This document shows, piece by piece, positions 14,194 to 27,400 of a stretch of DNA of 64,000 bases. Origin of the DNA: Blasia pusilla (lineage: Eukaryota); assembly GCA_050084515.1 (NCBI GenBank), contig CM114271.1, forward strand, positions 24,490,001 through 24,554,000, given 5' to 3'. A model generated the notes under the pieces. That model was not told the DNA's origin. It was given only the letters and a program-made list of their open reading frames with translations, and did no database searches. Each line of letters starts with the position of its first letter. Position 1 is the first letter of the stretch. Made by a program: the position numbers and the translations under genes.

Positions 14194-17100
14194 CTTTACT
14201 CGCAGCTTCTTCAAAACAACTCGGCTCTTGCTCTTGAAGGATAGTCATCATATATGCATGATGTGTCACAAGGAAATCTTCATTTATGAATCTATGAACT
14301 GGATGTATAACTCTACTTGATCTACGAAGTTGTTGTTCAGAGGTAGATGCCTCTGACACCTGACTCGAGCTATGACTAGTGTCAACAGACTGAATATGTA
14401 CTCTTCCCGTCCATGGACTCACAGATTTAACTGATGAATCTAGGACCTCTCCTAATGCTGCACTAGTAATTGGGGAAGTCGAAGACAATGTTTGTTGGTT
14501 TATAGTCATATTTCCCCCCTCAATAGACAAGTTTAGAGGTGGAATAGGCTCAGATGGAGCATACCATGACTTTAGCTCATCAAAGCCAACATCGCGACTA
14601 ATAATAAGCTACCTAGGGGATGGAATGTAGCACTTATACCCCTTAGTTCCATCAGCATAGCCAATGAAGATACATCTTTCAGACTTGGGGTCTAATTTCT
14701 GACGTCTCTCAGAAGGAACATGGGCATAACGAATACAACCAAATACTTTCAAGAAGGAAAAATCAAGTTTACTTCTTGTGAAGATTTTGAATGGAGTTTT
14801 ATCATGAACTCCTATTGTTGGAGTTCGGTTGATTAAGAAGACTTCACATGCTACAGCCTCTGCCCAATACATCTTGGGCATGTTCTTCTCATTCAGCATA
14901 GCTCGTGCCGCTTCAGCAATATGTTGATTCTTCCTCTCAGCCACTCCATTTTGTTGTGGAGTGTAACGGCAAGTCACTTGACGTTGGATGCCATTCTGAC
15001 GTAAATAGTCATCAAACTCTATTGAAAGATACTCTCCTCCTCCATCACAACACAATTTCAGAATGTGTTGTCCAGTCTGCTTCTCTACTAGAACTCTGAA
15101 TGTTTGGAACATTGAGAATACCTTTGACTTGGCTTTCAGAAAGTATACCCATATATACCTAGAGAAGTCATCAATAAATGAAATAAAGTACTGGCAACCA
15201 CTAAGGCTATGTTGTGATGATGTCCACACATCACTGTGGATCAACTCCAATATCTTGGATGCTCTTCTACCTTGCTTTGGAAAAGGAAATCTAGCTTATT
15301 TTCTAAATTGGCAAGCAAGACATACCTCTAACGTAGCAAGACTCGCTAATTTAGGGAGTCCTATTACTATATTAGATGATGAAAGACTTTATAATCTTTG
15401 AAGATTCACATGTCCAATTATTTTATGCCACACATTTAGATCTGTGACTTGTTGGCCGATTTGACCATACATTGTTGTTTGAATCTCTGGAATAGAAATA
15501 TCTAATTTAAACATTGTGCCAAATCTAGTTCCTTTGGCTATCGTAGTCTCGTCATCCATTGTTTCAATGAAATAATCATCTACGTTAAACTTCATTTGAT
15601 AACCCTGTTCTACTATCTGTCCTACATAGATTTGATTTCTTGCAATGGTAGGAATATAGAGAATATTTCCAAGAGCAAAAAGACCATATGATGCTATTAG
15701 AACTTTACCGATATGCCTGATATGATGTTGAGTGTCATCTTCTGTGAGCACAATTGCATGATCTTTCACCGGCTCCAAACTACTGAACCATTTCGCTTAT
15801 GAGGTCATGTGATTTGATGCATCGGAGTCAATATACCAATCTGCTCTTGAGTCTTTCTTGACCATTGCTCCCATATAATGAGTCATGACGAAGAGATGCT
15901 CCGTTTGTGAATGTTGTTGTTCTTGGTATTGCTCTTGGTGTTGTTGCTCCACATAGTTTTGTTGATGTAAGGCTCATATTCTCATATGTGCCTTCTTCTT
16001 GAAGCAAAACTTTGCATAGTGATCTTTTATCCCACAGTAATTGCAAGATCCAAGGATCCTCTACTGCTGACCTCGACCCCAACGATTTCCACGGTCATCA
16101 CCTTGTGATTGTGTCTGATACTGGTTTGTAGTTGATTGAGTGACGTTATATTGAGTGCCTCTTCCTCCATATGCTTGATATCCACCACGACCATAAAAGT
16201 TTCTACCACGATCCTTGCCTCTATTTGATCCATAATATGCAAATAGCGCACTCTTTTGTAGACTAGACGAGCTACCGCTATCCACTAGGCGCATCTCTTC
16301 ACTAATCAACAGAGGAACTAATTCTTGAAAGATTGGATACTTCTCTATCACAAAGATAGAGATATCAAAGGACTTGTTATCCTTTGGAAGGCCTTGAAGA
16401 GTGAATAAAATCAGATCATCATCTTCTATTCTCACTCCAATGCTATTCAACTGATCAACAATACGTCTGATACTTAAAATATAATCATTGATGCTCTGTG
16501 ATCCTTTCCTCACTTCGTTCAAATGCTGTTTCAATTGAAGCTTTCTGGCCTTTTTAGATGTCTGGAACAACTTTTCCAATGCATCCCAGGTCTCCTCCGG
16601 AGTATCAACATCTTGGATGTGACCTATCATTGGCGAACTGATCGTTATTGAAATGTAGTGGATTACTTGCCTTGCGCGTTTGTTCCAAGCGCGAACATTC
16701 AAGTATGTTGAGTCACCTTCTGGCTTGGCCTCATCACTTGTGACAAGATCCCATAGTTCTTGACCCATGAGAAATTATTTCATGCGAAACTTCCAGACAT
16801 TGTAATTCTGCTTGTTTAGCTTTTCGCATGTGATTGATGTTGAGGAATACTCCATGATAAACGATTTCACTCACAAAAACATAATTTCAGGCTTTCTACT
16901 GCTCTAATTGAAGCATAGAGCACTCCTACATGGAAATCCACATGAAATTTTCCAAAATTGATCAATTGTATGAAAGAACTAGTCGAAATTGGCCTGTAGA
17001 GAGCAAACTGCACAACTTTTCTTCACTAATTGCACTTTCCTACACTGAAATTGGTGTTGCAGGAGCTTAGAGTGTCAAAATCGAGCAATTTTGGGTGCGT

Positions 17101-17685
17101 TGGAAATCTCTCGGAAAGCTCTAAAAGATGGCTAGAACTAGCCTTAGGCATTAATCTAGCCGAAACGGATCCAGACGGCTGAATCGACCGAGAAAGCCCT
17201 AAAAAATACCTCCAAAGTTTTATCATCGTCAAAGCTCCACTTGAAATCTGCACCCACTGAGCTCTAGTAAAATCTCCTTCTCCCAAACTGAAATTGTGCC
17301 TTCTCTTGCCTCTCTTCTCTCTTCCAACACCAAGAATTTCAAGTGATATTCTCCTCCCGCTTTGATATCATGTGGAAAACTGCTAAACGATCATAACTGG
17401 TGGAAAACGGCTCTCACACATCCACACCACCATAGAGAACAAAATTTGCAATGAGAGAATGAGTGGAGGTTGGTCCTCTTCTCAATTATATAGGGTATGT
17501 ACAAGCAACCCTAACCCTACTCTTAACCATAGTCTCGAGTTATACTAACTGTGATTAACTAATCATAGTTAAGATAATCGTGCTTAACTGACTAACCAAG
17601 ATTAAACTTCCCTACTTCGTGTGAGTACCAAATATAACAATTCAGGTGTCTCATGAGCTTGACTGTAACTCAATCTTCAATAACA
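14194..17685 (-). mobile_element. Ty1/Copia LTR retrotransposon, 5' half (LTR, PBS, gag, PR, INT), cut at the RT start by element A
   Basis: gag MGQELW...ARKLQLK (16061-16768). Integrase ELIHSDVW..PQQNGVAERKN..KLDPKSERCIFIGY (14609-15250). Ends at EPSCFEEA. Met-type PBS (tgatatcaaagc) at ~17359-17370. LTR 17371-17685 bounded by TG...CA. Confidence 0.9.
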
Positions 17686-20600
17686 TGTATAGTGACATGG
17701 AGGGGGGCTCTAATTCAGAGTAAGAGCCAAGACTTGGTTGGAGCAGGATTAGTGGAGATGTCGCATGGAGAGTATGCATCTGCCACTATCAGGCCCGCTA
17801 AGAAGGATGTGCATGGCAACTGGATGGATAGGCGGATGTGTGGAGATTACCGCCCTATCAATCGGCAGACGAAGTCCGATAGGTATGCTATGCCCACTCT
17901 TGAGGAGATCTTTGATGCTATTGGGCATGCAAAGGTCTTCATTTTGCTAGATCTTCAAGTCGGATATCATCAAGTGCCTATAAGATTGGAGGACAGGCAG
18001 AAGGCAATATTCTGGGGCATCAATCCTCACGGGAAGGATTTTTTGTACCAGTGGCGGTTCTTACTATTTGGGTTAAAGAACGCCCCGGCTAAGTGTTAGA
18101 GGGTCATGGATAGGATCTTGGCGGGTTTGGATTTTGCTAGGTGTTATATTGATGACGTCGTAGTCTTTAACGCCACGGTTGAGGGTAATGTACAATAAGT
18201 AACAGAATTGATCTTTTTACAATAATTTAATGAGTTCAATCCCCAAGAGGATCATTGTTTGGTGGAAAGAGAGATCAAAATTACAATTCTCTGGTAATAG
18301 TTGTATTCAAGTGGAATAATTTAGATTCAATGTTTTATCAATATCTTCGAATCTTTCTTAGTACCAAGGTTTCTTTTCTCAATTCTCTCTAGTGGAGTTG
18401 ACAGCATGCTCAGGTAGATTTCCTCTCGTCATCAAGAAACCTCATAGAGATTTCAACAAGAAAGTTGGTTCAATCTTTGCTGCTAAGTCTGGACCTCTTT
18501 TGCTTCGCTTGAGGACGAAGCTCTTTCTCTTGATCTGAAGACGAAGCGCTTCATTCTTTGTTCTTGTTCCATGGGCTTCATTCTTCGTGCTTCGATCAAG
18601 AGCGAAGTACTTCTTTCTCTTCTTCTTCATGCTTCGTTCAGGAGCGAAGCACTTCATACACAAGTTCTTAACAGAGCTTCGTTGTCTTTTCGAAGCTTCT
18701 TGCTGGGTCTTTAGACTTCGTTATTGTATTTTCCTCTCCTCTCAAGCAAATCCTTGATTTTCTATCTCTCTGCCTTGTCCTTGGAGCTTCGTGATTCACT
18801 TTAATCTTACTCATTCTTCTCCATAATAATATATAATAATAACCATAATATCAAAATCATAGTGTATATACAAGTCTTCTTTGAATAAAAATATGTAATT
18901 CTTCAAAAGTACAAAATTGTGGGTATCACACGCCCATATTGAGGAGACCGATCAAGGGACGTCCTTTCCAGTTGCATACCAATTGGAGCATGTTGGGGCT
19001 TGGAGCGGTGTTCATCCAACATGACGATGATGGTAGAAAGTTCTTGGTGGCTTATGCTTGTCACTCGAACAACGCTATAGAGGCAAAGTATAGCTCGTAT
19101 GAGGGTGAGTGCTTGGCTGCAGTGTGGGCTGTCGCACATTTCAGGTGTTATCTATTCGACAACCCCTTTACCATCATTACTGATCATCAGCCACTTAAGT
19201 GGTTGATGGAGTCCGATAAGCTTATAGGCAAACTTGCAAAGTGGGCTCTTTTGTTGCAGGATTATGACTTCCAAGTGGTGCATAGAGCTAGAATGCTCAA
19301 CCAGGATGCAAATGGTTTGAGCCGTAACCTATGCCAAAGTTAGAGATGCGATTGGAGCTTGTTGGCATGGAGAGAGTGATGAGAAGTTGGTGCTAGGATG
19401 GCACGCGTCAGCCTATTTGGGCTTGTTGGCTATGGAGAGCCAGATTGCTGAGACTTCGATGGCGAGGTCTGATGGAGAGTCCTTAGATCGAGAGGCCGGT
19501 GAGGAGACGATAGGTAGCCGAGATATTCATGACGATGGAGTAGTCTTGGAGGACCTACATACTAGCAGCGTGGCGAGCATAGTACGTGCTAGAGAGCGGG
19601 ATCGGATCCTACAACCTGCTAGACAGTTCCGGTGGGAGGGAACACATGTGTTGCGAGTGTGGGAGGATGGTAGAGTACGTGAAGTGCCTCATCATTCATT
19701 GAGAGCTCGTTTGGTGCATCATGCCCAAGAGGAGTTGGGTCATTTTGGAGTGAAGCGGACGTATAGCTTGCTCCATATACAATATTGGTGGGGAGGACCT
19801 TTACCTTTGACGGAGCGCCATAGTCGTTATGTATTGGTGATGGTCAAGCACTTCTCGAAGTGGATAGAGTTGGTTGCATTTCGTGACAAAGAGAGTGAGG
19901 GAGTAGCGTATGCCTTCCTAGATCAAGTGTTGAGTCATTACGACGCACTAGTTGAGGTGTTGACAGACCAAGGTACGGAGTTTCGTGCTTGATCACGCCT
20001 TGTGTGATCAGGCGCTAATCGACCACCGCACCACTTTGGGAGATCATCCTCAGGCGGATGGACTAGCGGAGAGGGTTGTGCAGATGGTGAAGAGAGGATT
20101 GCGCAAGTATGGCTTGCAGAGAGGTCACATAGGAGATTGGGACTTTCATTTGCCGTGGTTGGCGATGGGATACAGATTCAGTAGGCAAGTATCATGGTTG
20201 CAAAAAAACGGAGAAGTCCTTCCTTAGGACGAACCAGTTTGGAAATGTCCATGGACATGGGTTCCAAGAGGTGAGACCCATACTTTTAGTCCATGATGGA
20301 AGGCAAGGACTTGATGAAAGGAGCAATGAGGTAGGAGGGAATGGAGGTGGAAGGAAGAGGAAATGGGGGCAGTATAGAACAAGAAGGCAAGTAAGGGGAT
20401 TGAGAAATAAGGGAAAGGTGAGGCCCATACGGACAAGTCCTTCCATAGAACGGACATGAGTCCACAGACATGGACATATCCACGGACACAGACTTTGTCC
20501 AACTTTGTGTAAATATGACTCTCGGCCATAAAGCAACAAGTATGGTGAGAAAGACTCTAAGGATGCCTACCGACTTGTGTCTGTGACATGGATGACAAGA

Positions 20601-21050
20601 AGGCGACTAACGATGGGGCCAAATGAGCACCCGATATTTTTGCTCTTAGCGCTTGAGAGATGTATGTTATGGTAGGTAGGGATAGACGGCTATTTGGAGT
20701 TAGAGGGACCTAACCACCAACTAGAAGAGGGGAGGGGTATACCTCAAGGAGAGAGAGCTTGAGAGCTCATTCTCTCTTTGTTGAACCTCTTAGCATAAGG
20801 CGGCAGAACTATGGTCCTCTTTGCCTTGTGTGTGTGCTTAACCCAATCCTCTAATTAATAGAGTGGGTTTGGTTTGACATGAGAGAGTGCACACCATGAA
20901 GAGCTTGGTGTGAGATGTGATGTGAGATCTACTTATTTTTATTGGAGATATTTTGGTATTTCTTGTCTCGTTGTTTGGATGCCATGAGTTAGCATCGGAT
21001 TGTACGTGTTTGTGTGTATATTTGGTGATAGCGATGTGTATGCGTACGAA
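17686..21050 (+). mobile_element. Ty3/Gypsy element C (RT-RH-INT-PPT-LTR remnant), same family as the DNMT-carrying element E
   Basis: RT YSDME..VEMSHGEYA..KKDVHGNW..RRMCGDYRPINR is nearly identical to ORF 47492-47911. RNase H 18939-19343, integrase 19387-20190. PPT agaggggagggg at ~20727 is followed by an LTR shared with 45900-46110 and 46640-46982. Confidence 0.85.
18185..18930 (-). repeat. Solo/partial LTR of the element-A family inserted in element C
   Basis: Homologous to 13000-14193 but shorter internally. It separates RT (IDDVVVF) from RNase H of element C. Confidence 0.8.
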
Positions 21051-21441
21051 ATCTATATCTTATATAAATATAAATAAATAAATATATATATATACATAGT
21101 GCAATCCCATACACGATCATATGTAACAATAAGGAGGATCATCAAGAAGCGAGATTCCATCATTTTTTTTCATGAAAACTTTACCAAAGTGATATGGGAG
21201 GTATCTCGTGAACCAGCGTCTATCTACATATAAGAGTTTGATGATGAAAAAATTTCAATTAGGAGTCACTCTCGCTCCCCCTCCATCCATTACCTGCAAA
21301 ACTCCCATTCCTCCTTGCTCTACTTGTAGCTCAATAGCCACTGCCACCCTCTAACAAAATTTTCTAACTCTCAACAATGTATTATTACTTAGTTATCCTT
21401 CCAAGAGAGGCGTAATCCATTTTCGTCGGAAGAGCAACCTT

Positions 21442-21795
21442 GCCCTGATACCATTGTAACTCTCAAGCTCACAAAACCACTCTAGTGTTGCTCAAAGGTA
21501 GAATGCCCTTGAAGGCCTCTCCTCTTCCTTTATATGCTTAGAGATAGATACAATGAAGACAAAATAGCTCTACATATCATTATACCACATGTCTTATTCT
21601 CATAACATGAGAGGATCTTCTTTAGACTCTAATGTCCCTACCTCATCTTCCCCAACGTCATCCTTATCTTACTTTTCACCAACCTATGGCCCCACTCTCA
21701 TCTTTATCTCATGTTTCTTGTCTTTTCTCTTTTTGGTTGCTTCTTTCCCACTTATGCGCTACATGTCATAGACTCTAACTTAACTATGACTAACA
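21442..21795 (-). mobile_element. Met-tRNA PBS plus LTR remnant (probably Copia)
   Basis: gccctgatacca at 21442-21453 (minus strand tggtatcagggc), then tgtaac...taaca (21455-21795). Confidence 0.55.
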
Positions 21796-22284
21796 AAGGA
21801 CGATTATAACTATCCTTGGTGATGAGTTGCAAACATTTGATGGAAGTTTGGATTATCCCAAAATAAGAAAATATTATGTTGAAAATACACAACCCAAGGA
21901 GATGCACGGGATATTCCATTCGGCCGAAATAAGCACACAAAACAAGCACCTCGAGAGCTACTCAATAAAACATCTTCCACAACATGACATAGAAGCCATG
22001 ATATCATTTTACCTTTTGACTATAAAATTGGTATAATACACTCCTACATAAGAGGGTATTAAAATTTGCTAGGTGCCACCTTTTTTCCTCTTAGTGAACT
22101 AGTAAAGACTTGTAAGGGACCAAATGATGCACCAATCCCAGTTTAAATGTTATGTTTCAATGTAACTCCCAATTAACATAATATGATCCCAATTAGCGTG
22201 ACCAAAATAATTTTGAGAGATAACTAATGACACACATCAAATGGAAGGAGCAACTACAAAAATTGCATCTTCCAATAAGAATAT

Positions 22285-24449
22285 TCTAGTGTAAGCCCAT
22301 GCGATGCACGCATTTAAACTACATCCAAAAATAATAATTAACTCTCAAAAGGATTAAGTGCCATCTTAATTCAATTTCAAACGATCTTATTGGTTGAAAA
22401 TGCAAGTATCAAAAGGAGAAGAAGTTGAAAAGTGAAGGGGCACTGTCCAATAATAACTTAGAAATGTTAAATACTATTCGGGGCAAATCTGGCCTCTTTT
22501 AGCACCCACCGGGAGACATGGAAGAAATCCGTGAAATTACATATGGACAAGACTGTACTACGCTAAAAATCTCTTGAAAATATATGAGGCAAAATTTTGG
22601 CTGTAATTCGCACCTACGGATTGCCACATGCCCAAATTGACTCGGTGTAGGGGTGTCAAAAATCACACCAGATAGAATCGCCCGGGTGAAAGTTTCAGAC
22701 TCGGGACTAGCCCCGAAGAAGATGGGGGGAGGGGATTTGCAGGAAGACTCATTAAAGAATTTGGAACTACTTTGGGTAAGCAACCCCTCCTATCTATGGC
22801 CAAAAACTGGAAGGAAAAAAAGAATAGGGGGGAATTCGAAACCTCGAAGGGAAACTCTCCTTAGAATACCAAAACGAAGAGATACCCTTTTCTAAACCGG
22901 CAAAAACCTCGCCGTGCCAATTCCGAGTCCCCAATAATCCCCGGATAGGGTGATCTTTGACACCCCTTAATAGACCCGATTATATTTTCCCAGGTGTATA
23001 ATCTCCTTTCTTTTTCCATACGGTGTCGCCATGGACGTCCCAAAATCGTATCCCATGCAGTGCGCGCGAAACCGCTCCTTTAGGTCATCTTTATCCAAAA
23101 TCTTCTTTTATCGAACGGCTCGGGTTCAAAAAATCATTAGTACAGGTTCGCTAGAAACCAAAACTCAATGATGTACAGGCCCGTGCATTGATCGGACACC
23201 TCTCTAGTACGACCGGTCCTTACTTACCCAAAGGGGTGAACACTGAACAGAGCTGGAATAAAGAAGGACGGTGAACTTGTGAAGAAAGAAGATGCACTTC
23301 GAACTTGTGAAGACGCTTCTCTGTCACGGACAGGTTCCAGCCAGAACCGCTGCGCAGGCGAATAGGATCCTAACTACCGCGCTAGGACGTCCGCCAAAAA
23401 GCTGACCTGATTCTGCGATCCCTGCCCCCTTGCCCGTCCCTGCCTGCCCGGTCCGACAGGGGTGTGTCATTACTGTGGGGGAGAGCGGGGGCTGCAACGC
23501 AGAAATCCGGGATTTTAACGCACGGGAAGAGTGCATGAAGGATTTCGCGTCTGCAGAAACCGGCAAGCTGCGGGAGTAGGTGGAAAAGCGTTCGCCTGGT
23601 CTTTCTTTTTCTTTCTTTCTTTCCACGGCATTGAAGTGTCGTTTCTTGTTCTGACACGGATCGGACAGCCTTCGCTCACGACAACGTCGCCGGTCATCAA
23701 CTCCGGAAAGCAGATTGTGTAGCCTTCCCTGCCACGTCCCGAGATCCCCATGCCGGCGACCGGTCTGGTCCTGTGGGCCGGTGTTCTCTGCCTGTTTTGG
23801 CTATCCCGGAGTCCGTTCGAGGAAGATCGTTCAACGGGCCCGGGAACTGACAGCTCAGTCCTCTGGGTCCTCTGCGGAGTCACGGACGCGCGCAGCTCCT
23901 TGTCACGGCCGGGGATGCCGATCCACCGGACCAGTTGGTTTCTCGTTGGAGAACCACGGGGAGATCTTAAGACCGCCGATCTTACATCCGACGGACACCA
24001 CCTGTGCACGACAAGATCGGATGCCAGAGTCGGTGGCCAACGTCGACAGATTCTTGCGGGTTTGCCGTTTCATCTCTCGAGACTCCTCCACCGTCACTTC
24101 GCTTTTTATATGCCCGGACTGCTTCGCGGCGACTCCCCATGGAGCAATTCCATGGTCGCGGGAGCCTTCGGATGTACCATGTGCGACTACGATTTCATGG
24201 ATCTTTGGGAGACCATTTTTTAAAATCCCCATCGCGACTAAACGACGGATACGGGAAGAGACAAGTGATGAAATTATAAGACCGTCGGACCAGTGGGACC
24301 TTCGGCGGCGGACTCCATGGGACGGACTACAATCCCTCCCAAGCACAGAACTCTTGGACCTACGTGTTTTGTCCTTGTATTCTCGCACCATAGGGACACA
24401 AAGTGGGTGTCTATCTGTGTTATTATCTAACTTTTTAAAAAGTATTAGA
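22285..24449 (-). mobile_element. Possible non-autonomous Helitron-like element with GC-rich interior
   Basis: Minus strand begins a|TCtaatactt at 24449 and ends with an imperfect hairpin gcgtgcatcgcatggg followed by ..CTAG at 22285. The base after CTAG is A, not the canonical T. Confidence 0.3.
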
Positions 24450-27400
24450 TACTCTCACTAAAACCTTTTATAATGGCTATCCTAGCCTAACAACCTGGCC
24501 ATTTTGGAGTACAGAGGTTGATTTCGCACAATGTGGCGTTTGTTTCCCGAGGGTTTTTTTTTCTTTAACCCGTAACATCACTAACTATTCGGATCTTTAA
24601 ATTTTAAAGAGTTTGGGCTCATTCTTTACGCCTCTACAATTTCCTGACCATATAGATTATCCTTGTGTCCTATGCACGCAGGAATTAAATATTCTCTTCT
24701 CCACCCGTCGCGGAGGAGATCGCACACTCATTTCCATTTCATTATTTCTTTTGACATGTCAACATATGAGGAATGTGTTTTCAAACACCATCTTATTTTA
24801 GTTGTATACATTTTATTTCCGAAAATTAACAAGGCCGTTTTTGAGACAAATGGAACAATTTTCTTCAAAATTTACCAAGAAATTCCTAATTTTATGCCGA
24901 CTATGGTGCTAGGCTTTCCAATAGGTTTTTAAAATTTCAATCTCCACTTCCTAGCTCTAGAGAAGATTCTCTGTTTTCCTCTACCATAGACATGCATATA
25001 ACATTTATAGAAGAAGGATATAATTATAGCACCTTCATTAACCTATAAGGCTCTTCGAGGTTTTTTTTAATCATAAAGTGAAGGCTAAATATCTGGAAAC
25101 ATGCACCCTTGAATTGAGATGAAGATTCACATAAAATATTCTTCTAATCGAAGAAAACACTACTTAATAAAACTATTAGTGCTACCTAGATCATTCCAAT
25201 CAAAGGTGCACAACTTCTTCATTGCGGATACAAAGATTTTTTCGCCAAAATTTCAAATATTTTTTATGGGTGTAATTATTTAATATTTCATGCATACATT
25301 TGTTTTTCACTTTAAGAAAAAATTAATGAAATGATCATATATATTATTAAAAGAAGATGAGATTTTAGAACCCTTCCTCCATGTGTATAACACGTATTCT
25401 TCTTTTATACTCCTCCAACATTGACAAATATATTGTTAAAGAAAAAAAAACTAAAAAGAGGAGTAAAAAAAAGTTAACAATGAATAAATAGTTTCAATAA
25501 CAATATGATAATTTTTTTACCCTTGCAAATGCTCTACACCTAAGCCTTTTTTTTCGTTTAGATTATCCACGTGTATCTCACACGTTTTTAATAATTCATT
25601 ATGGTTTCCCCTCTCAAGCCGCACACTGGTTTTTTTTACACATTGAGAAATTGCAGGCATTTCCTAAACGACCCCGGGGAAGATTCATCTCTTTGGAAGG
25701 GCTATGCGGAGGTATATCCATCCCTTCCAAGCACGTCACACGTCCTGGTCCCTGACCTAGTATTATTGCCCACACATCCCCATGAGGCAACCGGCTGCGG
25801 AGGTCATGCTCCTAAGAGCCTTGGGACTTGGTAGGTTGAGAGTGCAGCAACCACGATGGGGAACATGGTCGTGGTTTAGGGTGGAAAGCGCTTGAGGAAG
25901 TGGGCCCAGGAAGAGGCCAGGTGTACTATCGTCATACGACAAGGGGCCAATTGACTTCCTCTACTTTGGTAGGGCCCTTCAAGCAACGACTACATGCTTC
26001 TGGCGGGCCCCTATGAAACAACTACATGCTCTGGAACGGAAACAACAAGACACATGGCTCATTCAATTATGCACGGATATCATCGTACGATTGAAACAGT
26101 CGCCGCATCATCATCTTCTGGTGTATGTGAATTTTGAGTAAAATATTTGATTGGAAAATTAACTCCTAAGAATATGATAACCTCTAGACTATGCTCAAGC
26201 AAAAATTAAAAATTTATATGTTGCACTAGCGCATGAAGTAGTAAAGACTAAGGAGATTTAAGTAAGATAATGAGGGGGAATCTCGAAAGAAAATTTGTGA
26301 CATAAGTCATAAGAAAATAAAAAATTATATCCACCAGTGAAAATGTGGGTGTAATATGCACAAGTCCCATTCAAAACAAAACATGATTTTAACATTTGAA
26401 ACTCTGAAGCGTGAGTATGAATTTCTCCTAACCTTTCGTTGTAATTCACTTTGGGATATTTTGATTATGGCCCTTACAAGTACTCAATTTTTGTCTCTCT
26501 TCATCTACCCTATCTATCCACGTGTTTGATAATTAAATTCTCCCCCACCCTCTCAAAGTTTTGAAGATTGATTTCATTTAAAAATACCATCATCATTTTT
26601 TAAAATACGATGATGGTATTTTTGAAACGAAAATTTTATCATTTTCAAGACCATGCTAGGATTCGTCTCTAAAGATATGGCTTAACCAAAATATTAGAAT
26701 TGTCCCCTTGTTATTCCCATGCATTGAATGCACTTATCCCTATGATTACAATGCAACCGGAGTCATCATATATACCACCCTAGGATGAAACCAAGTACCA
26801 TATATTCTACTAGGACATTAAGGGTCATATTGGGGAAGGAAGTTCACACCTACTAAAAGAAGTTAACCCTTCTAAAGAACCTAAGAATGGGGTTTTATAC
26901 AAATCCAACAATGCATTCCAAGGGTAGGCAATGAAGTACTTATAAATCTCATAATATAATGCATAATCCTCATAAACATAAACCTGAAATAGACAACATT
27001 TATTGCCCACACACAATAGAGGTTGTCTCCACACGTGTTTTTTTGGACGAATGGCGTGGCTTCGTATTCTTCCATCATTCTTCCTTTGACGGGTTAATTC
27101 CAATGATCCCTGGGAGATCCGGGGTTACGAGTATTGCTAGCCCGTTAAATTTGAGAATTTCTGATTGATTTAAAAGTTGCCTACGAAAAGCGGCTGGAAT
27201 TTGAGTAGGTCCTTTGTATTTCGTATCTCAAAACCGGTTCAAAATCCGGAATTACCGTTTCCGATTGGACATTCTCGGCGATGGACCGCGTCCCGCGAAA
27301 AAACTCCCCGAACCCTGGTTAATTCGAATTAAGATATTTCACCTCTGCCGAGCACGGTTTCAATTCTAGTAAATTGAATTGCAACTAATTTTCAAGAAGG

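Noticed and set aside
26572-26632. AT-rich hairpin aaaataccatcatc...gatgatggtatttt
   Set aside because: Isolated short inverted repeat with no supporting context; at most a MITE remnant.
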